Source: Flectonema sp. DT1601 | Taxonomy: Eukaryota | NCBI GenBank assembly: GCA_964019425.1 | Contig: OZ025806.1 | Span: forward strand, 496,001 to 560,000 | Reading direction: 5' to 3' | DNA: 64,000 nucleotides | Part shown: piece after piece, positions 41,343-54,500 of the stretch | How positions within the stretch are numbered: position 1 is the stretch's first letter | Layout of the letters: each line of letters starts with the position of its first letter | Program-made: the position numbers and the translations under genes | Notes under the pieces: generated by a model | The model's input: only the letters and a program-made list of their open reading frames with translations | Database searches by the model: none | Told to the model about the DNA's origin: nothing

Positions 41343-41936
41343 AGAAATCTTTTTCAGAGATGGAAGAAAGGGATCTTTAAAAAAAAAAGCTATAAAAAAT
41401 AATAAGAATTAGTAATAAAAAGAAATTTTACTGTTTCATAAAATCCAAACTAAGTCTACTACTAAAAAGAAAACGAACTCAGATAAGCCTTATATTTCGC
41501 TGAACGCAGCGTTTTAAAAAAAAAAGGGAATCTGACAGAATTAGTTCATGTCAAACGACAGTGCATTTAAAAGGGGGAGGAAGGACAGCACAATGTATGA
41601 GCCCAACACACAAAGACAATTAAATCGGTAGGAGGAGGGTGGAGCCCTCCTCCTTTATCAATTCACTTGTTCAGAGAGCTTATAGAAAGAAGAAGAAAAA
41701 ACTAATCAGAATACAACGTAAAGAAAAAAGAAAAATGATAAAAATAAAAAGTATAATCTAAAGCAAAGTGCAAAGGATAAGAACCCAAAACAAGTAACGC
41801 TACCTTCACTTGCTTGGCATTCGTTTTCCTTGAAGGACGAGGTGAGGTGAGGGAGAGTTTGAATTCAACATACTACTCGAAGATATCAACAGAAATATTG
41901 ATTGAGCGTCGAATAAACTTCCAATCAGAAATGGTA

Positions 41937-42872
41937 TTAAAGATTACGGACAGGCATTCTCTCACGAGTTCTACCCGGACTGACATTCCAGTGACCAGGT
42001 GGCTCTTGACGAGGATGACACTGAACTGGAAGACCATACCGCTGTTGCTGTTGTTGGTGTTGTTGTGTCATTAAAGGTGGTGAATGTACCTGTTGAGGAC
42101 TACAAGCAGACGGTTGTGAAAGAACTGCTAAGTTTCTATTACGTACTAAATTACTTCCTATCGGAGGTGTGTTCTCATCATCTGGTGAAATGATTGGCTG
42201 TCTCTGTTGATGATGAACATTACCAACAGGTTGAGAGACAGGTTGAGGGACGCTATAGTTCCAACCACCAAATTCCTGCATCCCTGGAGAACGAATACCA
42301 TTCTGAGGTTCCTCTTGTTGAATTGTTATCTGTTGAAGTGGTGCTCTGGAAATTGGAGCAGGCTCTGAACACACAAAGTGTCTGGATGTCTGCTTTAGTT
42401 TCTCAGGATCAATAGTAACTGTGTGATGACCTCCACCAGGACTTCTTACAGAGAATTCGAGCGCTCCATCATCAGAGAAGTCTGACTCTGATTCCGCCGG
42501 AGGGATATTTTCGGCTGACTGAGCTCCGAATATTGAAGAGAGTTGTTGAACTGATTGTTGCACTAATTGGATACCTCGCTGCTCAAATGGTGGACACGGT
42601 CTGCTGTTCTGCCTCGATGGCGGCTGCAGCTGTGGAGAAGTCATCTGCTGATTCCAATTCTGTTCAGCAGCTGGTTGTTTGTAAGGACCAAGTTGGACAG
42701 AATCTTGATTCCTATCAACATTCTGTTGCGGCCGAGTGGGAGACTGGAGCGGCTGCTGTTGATGTTGCAACTGGAGTGGCGGCTGCTGAAGCGACTGCTG
42801 CGAAGTTGCCTGCATGTGATGCTGCGGAGCAGTAGAAACTAAAGGAACTCCATGTTGCGGTTGTTGTTGTTC

Positions 42873-42964
<92 letters not shown>

Positions 42965-44957
42965 GGTGTTTTTGTTGCTGCTGTACCTGCTGTAAGTCCA
43001 TGTTCTCACCAAGAGTTGCAGGATTTCTATACTGACTTTGGTTGGCAGTTCGCGGTGGTGACATCATCTGCTGGCGGTTATTCTTCGTCGGTGGATGTAA
43101 CTGTTGGGAGGTTTAAATAATACGACAGACTTACTTCATCAAACCTCAAACAGCAATCAGAGTTTGTTTGATAAACACAACACGTTATTTGTGATAATTG
43201 AAATAAAAGAAAAACATAAAATAAAATAAATAAATAAAAAAACACACCTCCTCCTCACTATCGGCTTCCCAAACAGGTGCAGTAGGGCTGTGATTTGAAG
43301 TAGGCCTGTAACTAATTAGTTGTGTTGAGTTTGGATTAATAAGTTGCGATCCAATACTCGATGATCTGAGTGCTGATGGTGTTCCCAAAGCTGATCCTCT
43401 CCTAGACTGTGGAGTAGTAATATTAAGTGAACTCGGGATTGAAGAAAGTGTATTTGGATGTACTGGCGGCAACATCGTAAACGCTGAGGGTGTTATCGGC
43501 GCGGCAGGAATCGCCGCCCTCTCTGAAAAATCAGACGTGTGATTTGATAACGGAGGCATTGGTGTTACTCTACTTGACCTGGCAGAAGCTAAGGTCGCTT
43601 CAACACGAAGTTCTTCTTTAATTTTATGACGAAGTTCGCGTTCTACTTCCATCCTCCAACGCTCCATTTCCTCGTGTTTCATTGTGTCTAAAGGAGAAAT
43701 ACTTTGTTCACCTCCACTTAGTAAAGCACTTTGTTTTAATGAAGATATCTCTTCTGATAATCTGATCTTCTCTTTGAGAAGTTGTTGCTCTCGACGATTA
43801 TTCTCTTCGTCGTGTCTCTCTAAAGATGCAACTCTGCTTCGAAGTGAAACTAAATTACCATTCTCTCTCTCTTTCTGAGATAGCTTTGCTTTTAGTGATT
43901 CTGTTTCCTTCTTAGCTGCGATGATTTCTTGTTGTAGTTGCAGGTTAGCTTGAGTTTTTGATTCTGAACGACGAGTATTTGTTGTAGACCTAGCAGGTAA
44001 TAGATTAGATGACTCACTTCTTAAAGAACTCAACTCATCACGATGACCATTCACATGATGAGATAGAAGACTTGGACTTGGAATAGATACTTGTTGTGTA
44101 TTGTCAACTTTATCTGATTCTACGTACGGAGGTACTTTACCGACTGGGGTGATGCTGGACATTCGAGACACCTCATATTGAGAATCGTCGTGATTCGATT
44201 TCTTATCGAGTTGAGTATTCCTAGAACTCTGTTGGTATGAATGAGCACTGTGTTCACTTCCAGCAACTGTTGATTTCCGATTCGATCTTCGTGACTCTCC
44301 GTCATAGTCTTGTTGAGAGACTTGATTCGTATGGCGAGATGAGGCTGCCACACTCCCAACATTATTATGAACAATACTTCCTCCCTTTCCCGTAATTTCA
44401 GAATGACGATCCAGTTCGGTTCCGGCTGGGACAGTAGCATGACTTGCAGAAGCAGTATTACCATAACCCTGAGAACTTGCATTGCTGCTTGCGCGAGTTG
44501 AATGAGTTCTGTTTGAGTTGGCGGTTTTCTCTGTAAACATATTCGAGTTGGAAGCCAATGAAGCTGAAGGAGGTCTGCTAGTTCCAGCTTCAGATCTTCC
44601 TTCTTGTAATAATATGGTTATGACTTTTACAAAATCAGGAAAATAGCATCTCCCATCCTGACGAGGTGACAATTGAGGCCACAATTTCATTGCAACTCTC
44701 TGGTCAGATGCGGTCATGGAATCTGGGTTCGAAAAGACTCCTAAATATCCCAAACAATTAGTAACTTGATGATAAAGTAATCGACAGTCTTCGTTCTTCA
44801 TTAGATCTTCAGATTCAACTCTTTCTGGTGCGAGATTTCCAAAAGACTTACTTGGACAAGGTCCATAGTCACTACTACCAATAAACTTCTGAAATACCTC
44901 GGCTAAATATTGTGAATTTCGACCGATCGTTGTCACGGATTGCCCCCCGTCACTCAT
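41937..44957 (-). CDS. Ser-rich, coiled-coil, poly-Gln hypothetical protein, 2 exons, about 957 aa
   Basis: Exons 44957-43248 and 43100-41937, joined by a 147-nt GTGTG…AACAG intron in phase 0. A weak EF-hand-like segment (DGRCYFPDFVKV) lies near the N-terminus. Confidence 0.75.
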
Positions 44958-45422
44958 GTTGATGAAGAACCTTCTTAGGGACCGTTACTGAAAATAATAA
45001 AAAGTAAAACAGGCAGCGCGCTATGATTGTTCACAAAATACGTAAAGTCAAATCTCGACTCTCAGGTTTCTCTCAATCTGAAACTATCACTCGATGTTTG
45101 TTGGGCGACACCTGCAAAAAAGAGAAAATTAATCAATTTCTCAAAAAACACAGAAGCGTTCTTTTTTTTTATAATAAAAATTAGTATTTGTTTCACATCT
45201 ACCCAGGCTGGCCACAAGAAAAAAAAAAAAAAAAAAGAAAGAAAGAAAAAAAAATCTTCCAGAGAAACAGCTACGCAAGTCCGTAGCTGTAATCATTAAT
45301 TAAAGAGAGAAGTTGGATTAGAAAAAAATAAAAAATAAAAACACGTTGGAGAAACTTAACGCCTGCTATCACCACGTGATTGCTTTTACAAGTCTGTCAC
45401 GGCGGGCTACGAACCCACTGTC

Positions 45423-45453
<31 letters not shown>

Positions 45454-45501
45454 CATTCAGCTAATTGAGCAAAGCAGGTTCAATATAATATATCATAAAA
45501 G

Positions 45502-48500
45502 TCAATACTTCCTTCCTAAAACCCTCAGAGACTGGTAATAACTTACATAAGTTGATATAAGTACTTTATCAATACGAGGAACCGGAATTGGTTTTCCTAT
45601 TTTCAAAAGATCAGTTTGAGCCTGTGAAGCCACAACGGAAGAACTATTCTCAAACACATCATCAGAAATATTAAAAAGAGGAGACACCACTCTTTGAAGT
45701 GCCTGAGAAGTTGAATCAGAACAGAAATGATCGTGAAGACGAGACTTCCACGTCGATAACTCAATGCGATGCATGAGTAAGTGATGTTTTGAATGCATGT
45801 GTGAAATCACTGAGTTCCACTGCATACTTCCTCCAGATAAATGATACACTTTACCACTTGAGACTGCCTCACTTGACAATCCAACGATTATCTTTGAACA
45901 ATAATCAACAGGAAGTAAACTGCACGGTGTTTGTAAATCAGGTGCAGATTTCATAAGCAAAAAAGCCAACAAGAGTCTTTCACTGATGTTGTTTACGTTA
46001 GTCACACCTGTTAAAGCTGATCCGGTGACGTTGTTGAGACGGAATATAGTCACATCGATTCCGAGTGAGTTCATCTTTTTAAGAAGATTCTCACAAACGA
46101 AATCTGACATTGCTCCACCAGTCGTAATACCGCTCGGAAGTGATGACCCGTTGCAATTTGAATTGATTATTACTTCTGGATGTGATGATGGAATTACACC
46201 ACCAGCAAGATGAGTCGCAAATACTATTTTCTTCTTCCGCAGTTGAACAACCAGAGATAAAATAGTTTTCATTCCTTCAATACTTAACAATCTCAGTAGT
46301 GAATAAGATAGAGAGCTGTAATTGAAGGTATTACCCACCAAGTGATAGACAATAGAAACGTCAGAGCATAATTGATCCCAATGGCACCGTGAGATTCCCA
46401 AATGAGGATGTTCTGCGTTACCTAACAATATGACGATAGTACCAACATTGATTAATTTATTTAACAGGTGGCTGTCCAGTTGGTATTTTGAAAATGATTT
46501 TCGAATTCGATCAACTCCGTCTGAGACACTCCTCGCTCTGACAAGACAATAAATTATAACGTCTCTCTGAGTTGAATCTTTTCTTTTCATTTCCACCATC
46601 AAATCATTCAGGACAAAGGAAGCAATAAAACCAGTAGCTCCAGTTAATAAAACATCACTGCGTCTCTCGCTGTTTAATTCATCTGAGTAGTTCTCAACAA
46701 ACGAGTCAATATTCAGATCGTTTTTCATCATTTCGATCTCTTTCAGAGAAGGCTTGCTTCCTTCTTCTTTATTGGTTTGTTTTGAAAATCTCTCTACGTA
46801 CGATGCCAGTCTTTTCGGTGTTGGATTTTCTAATAAATTAATAAGCTGTAAAGGAACACTGAGTGACAGCATTGAATTTATCATTTTAATGACCCTGGTC
46901 GCCGTTGTCATGTCACCTCCGCAATAGAATAAAGTGTCACCGCAACTCACGGATATTGACACATCGTTTCCAAGTGATTCAGCAAACGCAAGGCAAATAA
47001 TGTGTTCAACATAGGAACGTGGTGGGATGAATTTGATTCTAAAATTCGAAGGGTTGCTTTGAGAAGTGATCAGTCGCAAGGATCTCCTCACATCTGATAT
47101 TGGTAAATGCTCCAAAACTACAATCCTATCAATCTGTATGTGAGGTGATATAACTCCGACTTGACTTAACCAAATTTCATTTATGATGTCTTTGTTAACC
47201 AACGAGTTTAATGATTTTTGAACATAGCAAATTAAGCGTCTCTCACCAACTGAATCATCCTTTGTTATGACGATAGCTTTTGAGATTATGTCCTTATTGA
47301 GATGTAATATAATTCTTTGAAGATGAGCGCAGTCGATATGATGACCTCTTCTCTTAGCAGTTAGAGCCTCTTGTGATCCAATCTGGATAATTTTATTATT
47401 TATTATCTGTGCGAGGATTCCTGTTCTGTATACTCTACCGTTCGACCATTCAGAAAATTTACTCCGAGTTGAACTTTTTTGTTTTTTGTGTATTGAATTC
47501 CATTTAAAGTGTTTTGACTTTATTAGAAGCTCACCTGGAACAGAAAAATCAGTTTGCTGTTTGAATTTATTAATTGTCAGAAGTGAGTACAGTGGTGTTG
47601 CCTCACCTAGTATGAATTTAACACCGTCACGATCCTCAATTTGATTTGAATTTTCTTTTTTATTAATTCCAATGTTAGCAGCGACCACACCAAAACACTC
47701 CGGTAAAACAAACAAAGACGATACAACAGTTTTTTTTAACTTTTCAATACTCAAATTAGGTGCCGTTGAAACCAACAAATGACGAACCCCCAACTCATCC
47801 GCAATATCTACCAATCCAGAAGAATACCGTCCGGCTATGACAGTGATGTTAGAAGTAGATATAATAAAGTTATACGATTCTTGTAATGTTTTTTGAGTAT
47901 TTGATGATAATAGTCGAGCATCGGAACAGCAAATTGATCCGCCAATTAATAAAAACGGAAGTACATTAGAAACAAACAGAATTAGAGAATTTGAATGACC
48001 CACTGCGACCTCAGACAAAAACTGATTGATGAATCCAAGACAGTCAGTTTGTTCAATTTGAAAAGTACTGCTGAACCACTCACAATGTTCTCTGATCACA
48101 TCTTCGGTGTGATAAATTGAAGTCCCGTCATAACAATTAATTGAGAAGACATTATTTGATGAAAATTCATTTTTATCAAAATTATTTTTTAAATGTTCTT
48201 CAACACCAATAATCATATCCCGATTAATTAAAAGATGATCATCTGACTTAGTAGTCCAATGCTTGTGAGATTCAGTGCCTGACTGAACTACGAATGTCTT
48301 TCCTGATAAGATTGCTGCTATGACGCATAATAAATGGGAAACGTCAAACCTTGCGGCAGATGAATTTTCTATACACACTGATGTCTTGTCAGAATTCTGT
48401 ATTATTGACGCTAACGATATGGCTTCATCAAAAAACGATTTAAACGTCACTGTTGTGAAATTTCCTGTTCGATGATCAATTTCTTTACAGATAATTCGAT

Positions 48501-51500
48501 CAGAGAACTTTTCTGCTGAAGATAGAAGTAGATGACGGAGTTGAATATTGTTGTTTAATTCGTGTGAGGGTGAGACTGGTTTATTGGGTTCTGAGTTACC
48601 AACAACACGAACGTCAGCGATAATTTGACTTCTTATTACAGACAGATCTCTCAACCAAAAACAAACATGTTGTAGAAGAATTATTGAATTTTGATTACTC
48701 ACTTTCGATGAATCGTATCTTAGTTTCATGACTGACTTTGAGTTATGTCGTTCCAACGTGAATGAGAAATTTTGTAACGATCCGACTGGCATGTTGGTAT
48801 CAACAATATTGTGATCATCATATAAATCTCTGTAGCTGACTACAATGTCATAGAGAGGATTGGAGAGCAGAGTTCTATGTCGATGAACTGTTTTTATAAT
48901 TTCACTCTCTGGAACAAAATTATAACCAACAGACTCAGAGTACTGCCGCGACAGAGTTGACAACAACCCTGCGAGACTGTCTTTACCTTGAAATGGAAAT
49001 TTTATTCTCATTGGAAGAATTTTGGTATAATTCCCCAGAGTATTGAAATCGTTATACGACTCTCTTAAATTATCCCACAACCCAACCATCACATCACACT
49101 GTGATGTATATAAGTGAAATATCGATGACACCACAGCAGTTAAAACAACTGACGGAATAGTACTGAACTCAGATGATATTTTTATCAAATTCTCAACTAC
49201 GCAATCATTTACAACAATCGATTCAGTGTTGTAATTTCTGATTTGTTGATCTTCACGTATCCAGTCCCATGGAAAAGATAGATGGCTCGATGACCCAAAC
49301 AGCAATCCCGTCCAATAGCTGATCGCATTATCACCAATAGGACTTTCTAAAATAGATTTTTGACTAAACGTGAAATTAGTATATTTACAAACACTCTCAC
49401 TGATGCTGTCATTCGATTTCAGTAACGAGATTATCGAACTCAGAACAGTTCTGAGACCCTCATCATCAGAGAAGACAGGGTGACATGCTAATATTAAATA
49501 TTTCTTATCCAAAACAGATGAAGTAATTAAGTCTGTCCCATGCAACACAGTATCACTGTAGAACTTTAAAGTTGTGATGTATTCCTTAACTGAGGTCTGG
49601 ATATCCTCATCGGTGGTGGTGGCTGAGGTAACAACTATTTCTCTTTTCAGATTCACATCATCGCTTACTTGTAAAAACCCATCACAAAATTCAACTTGAA
49701 GAAGTTCCTGTGTTGATATGATGTCGTTCATTACCGATTGCACTTTTAAGACGTCCAGTTCGAATCCGACATCAGAACAGATGTAAACTACGCGACTCTC
49801 AAATTTGGATGTGAATTCAGAAGATAAATACTCCATTTGAATGTGAGAAAGTGGATTTCGATCAGAAAATGACGAGACAGGTATTTCGACCAACGGTGAA
49901 GTTTTTCTAATCAAATCAACGTGAGATGCTATTTTACGAAGAGTCGAAGCGGAAAGTAAATCCCTCGGAGAGAACTTGACTTTAAAAAAAGAAGCAACGT
50001 GACAAGCAATCCTCCTCAAGGATACAGAATCACATCCAATCCCCAACACAGGACTTTGTATACTACTGAGATTACTTGACCAGAATCTACTCAGAAGTAA
50101 TAATTTAATTTCAGTGAGACTCTCTGGCTGAAACCTAACCACCAACAGCGGATTCAAGATCGATTGTGAAGAAACTATGTCACTTGAATATTGAAAAGTT
50201 TCTTCTTCTGATTTAAACTTTTTAAAAAACATATCAACATCAGATGGTTGACATATCTCATCATCGTCGTGAACTGGAATATGCGGAAGTATATTACACA
50301 CAGCATTGGTTAAGGTTGGTTTCCTTGATGATTTCGTTAAAATAAAAAAATCAGGAACAACACAACCCACATGATGATCTTTAGAAAACTCTCGCAGTTC
50401 AATTCCCGTTGCGGATTCCGTTAGTGAAACGATTGCAACCAGATACTCAAATGATTTTCCGTTATTAACATGCGAGTGTTTCGTTACAGATGCAAAAATA
50501 ATTTTTGGATTTTGTTTCAAATTCCTTACAATGTCGCAAAGGTTAACCACAACACCTCTGTAGGTAATCATTTGTTTATTATTATCAGTTTGAGTGTGGT
50601 TAAAAATATATCCTTTTTGATTCCATGAACACGTCATATCACAACAGAATGATAGCAGATGATCATCTGTTGAATTTAAATAACAAAAATTTTGAGATTC
50701 AACATCAGAAACAGTTACGACACCCCCACCTGATAAAAACAATTGACCGGATGCGTACAAGGGAATCATCTCACCTGATGGCCCAACAATAGTGGCGGTA
50801 ATGCCTTCAGATGGTTTGCCTAAAGGGAGATTGTCAGTAGTCTTATTTTCAATCTCATTTAAGTACCGATGAACATCACATTGAAGGGCTGGTATTCCTG
50901 AACATTCGTATCCACTACAACTTGTTATTCTTTTGAAACAAATATTTTGATTTTTTGAAACCAGTTCACATATTTTACTACTCTCGTTCTGATCACAACT
51001 AAACCAAATTACAGAAACTGATTTCGGAATTGCGTCATTCTGATACAGATGGATCAGGTACCATGATGGAATAATAATATCAGTCGGACTGATGTCTTTA
51101 AAAATATCTATTTCCAAATTCCGATGATCATTTATACCGTTTTTGTATAACACTGAATCACATAGATAGAACCCACCTCCACTGGTGATACATCCGAAAA
51201 GCTCAAATGGTGTAATTGTCTGACCGATCAAAGCTAATTTAGTGCAGTTGTTCCAATTTAGTTCATCAACAGATATTTTTGTACAGTAATGGTGAAGGTC
51301 AGTGTTTGTGAATTTCTGATGAATAGAACCCGTAGATGGATTGATAGTAAAGAAAACTACGTCGGTGGCATCTCCTGTATCCTCTATGTGATCGACATTG
51401 TCAGTTATTTTTATTTTTTCAATATTTACAATACTTGTAACTGAATTGTTGTCATTTTCATCGAAGTCCTCGTCATCGACTAGGAGATAATTTATTTCTA

Positions 51501-54500
51501 GTTTTTCACAAATTTTAATTACTTCTTTGCGATCAAACAAATCCGTCCTCACTATTGAAAAGGAAATCCTCGACAAGAGGCAAGCGAATACCGTTTTCAC
51601 TATATCAACGGCACTGGTCATGTATATCACAGATTTCTTTCCAGGATTTTGGATTGTCGATAAGTAAGAAGAAATAGATGAGCTGCTGTCCATCAAACCA
51701 GAAATAGTAATTGGCTGAACAGACTTCACTCCTCGTGGGTAAATTACAACTGAGTCAGAATCTGTCACCAATCTTTGTATTAAAGCATTAGTAACAGTCC
51801 AATTGGTATTGGATGAAACATGTACTTGAGACCAATCCCTCAGTTTTAAAGTACTATTTTCATCAAGCAAAGATTCAGATCGCTGTAATATAAATCCAAC
51901 AGACGAATCGAATGAGAATTCTCTACTCTGAGAGGTAAATGAAATGAGTTGGGTGTACGAATCTAACAATGAAGAAACCTCTTCTACGGAGTACTTTTCA
52001 TTATCAAATGTGATTTGAATATTTAATTCTCCGTTGGTGCCTTCTGTCATACTGGTTGATAATGTGTATCCGTGTCGTGATCTGGAATGATAATTTTGTG
52101 TGATGTCGAGAGAGTTTAATTCAACATTCTTCATTCGTAAAGTTGAGTTTGGAAAATTCAAAAGATTTCTGGATAATTTTTGAGGTGTTTGGGTCAAGTC
52201 AACAAAACACTTTTCACAATCGGTTTCATCTTCTCTGAAATGTTGATCATAAAGTCCCTGCGATAAAGAATCAAACGTACTATTACAAAGTGCTCGAAAA
52301 CTAAGCGATCGAGAAGGTGTCACAACCACTGAGTGAGTACTTGAAAAACAACCAACCGTAGACCCAAACTCAACACGACATCTATTCGAAAATGGAAATG
52401 CCATTTTGACTTCGTCACTACTTTCAAAGACAGATATCACAATAATATAAAGTGTTAAAAACACACTTGTTCTTGTCACGGCACATTCTTTTGCTATTCC
52501 CTGAATCGACTTTACAGAATCAGAAGATATAATTTTATTTATTGATCGCATCGTTGATCTACTCAAAGATTTTTTACCAATCACACCAACTCCACTATTG
52601 AGTTTTGCGTGATCACCCGCCAAAAGCAACAGTCTTTTTTCATACTGTGTGTAACTCACATAAGGTAAAGCGTGTTGTGCTGAGGTTGATTTTGGACTGG
52701 TCAAAAGTGATGATTCAGCTTGAGTTGTATAACAACACTTTAAATCTCTCATAATGATGGCGACAGAGTAATCATCAGCACAGATTGGATGAGTTACGAG
52801 CTGGAATATCGTTGAGTTTTTGAAATGAAAAAGACGAATCCTTACAAGACAATCCTCACTAAGCTCAAATGGTATTGATGCTTCAGAAACTAACAGAGAC
52901 GATGCCTCTTCACTCTGACTGCAGATATCTTCACACTGCAATTCACTTATATTTAAACAAACAGAATCAGGTGTCGTGACTTTCTGATAAATCGATTGAT
53001 CTTTTCTCAAATGATACGTTGTTCTTAGCATTCCATGATTGCTAACAATTCTGTAAAGGCAATCAGCAAGTCTCTTTAAATCCACAACACCAAGTTGAAT
53101 AACCGCATGAATAAACTTATTTAAGTCACCAGGATGTCTCATGCTGCAGTGCCTATTGTATAACTCTGCTTGTGAGAGTGAGACAGCTGAAGGTTCACTT
53201 GCATATGGAGAAATTGGTATTGGTCTTTTCCCCTTTAGTTGAGCTATATTTACTAAAAGTGATATGCCGCTAACAGACGCATGTTCGAGTACTTCTGAAA
53301 TGGAAATAACACAATTCAACTTTGAGCATATCCTTCCAACTATCGTCACCGCTGTTAAAAAGCTACCTCCGTAATAAAAAATAGATTTTTCAACATCAAT
53401 TACCGTCAAGTTCAATTCCGTTAAACAGATACTTTTAACGCTGTCGAGTACCATTGGCGGGGGCGGTTGAATTCTTTCAATCATAACATCTCGTGACTTT
53501 CCAGTTGGAGAGCTACTTGGCGAAGATGAAGCGCTTGAGGCATTTTCAATGTTCTGCAACAGAAACCTACTCCGATCCGAGCTTATAATTTTTATTTTTT
53601 CTACTTCTCCAGCAATATAGGACGCAACCTTTTTCCTATCGACATCACCTGTTGGTGTTGTAGGTATTTTTTTTATTGTGAACAAGAAGCTGGGGATTAA
53701 TTCTGAAGTCACTAACTTTGTTATTTCATCTCTGATAAACTCCACTGAAACTGTTGTGTGTCGTCTAGTCTTGAGAACAACCGCCAAGTGATGCTCGTGT
53801 TGGATCGCCACGCAGTCTTCAACAGCAGAAATACTTCTCAGCAACACTTCAAAAGCATGAAACGAAATCCGACTTGAAAATGAAAATATTTGCATCTGAG
53901 AAGGATTCTTTCGTAAGTATTGAATATGGTTTTCATCATTAATGGTAACGACATCTTCACATGATGTGATGTGTTCACTACTCTGATTATGACAAAGGCA
54001 TAATGGAGAATGTTGTCGACTACCCGATTTCGGATCTTTATTTCCATCTTTGAAAGCTGACTTAACACCAGTCCAGTCAGGTAGCAATGCATCAACGTCA
54101 TGCAATGAAAAGTTTGGTACAATTTGGGCAATCGGTGCTGCAGTTTCACTACACAAACAACTACCCGCGCAGTGTAGTGTACCCTCAACTCCCTTTGGAA
54201 CTTGTTGCATGTCAGTATCAAGTATTTTGCAGTAGTTTCCTGATATAGGTTGGCCGAGGGAAGCAATATCGCTCTCTCTCCATGTTTCACAGGCTCCTAA
54301 TAATTTAATACTGGAAACAATAGTTTGTTGACCTCCGTAGTAGTCTACGTACACTGAACTAAAAGGAGCATTTTGTAAAAACAAAACTATCGCTGGTGAC
54401 ATTCTCAATCCCTCTCCACAGATGATGATATCCCTGAGACTAGATGGTCTGCAGTTTAGTATTCTACTCACAGATGATAAGTCGCTCAGATAAGACGGCG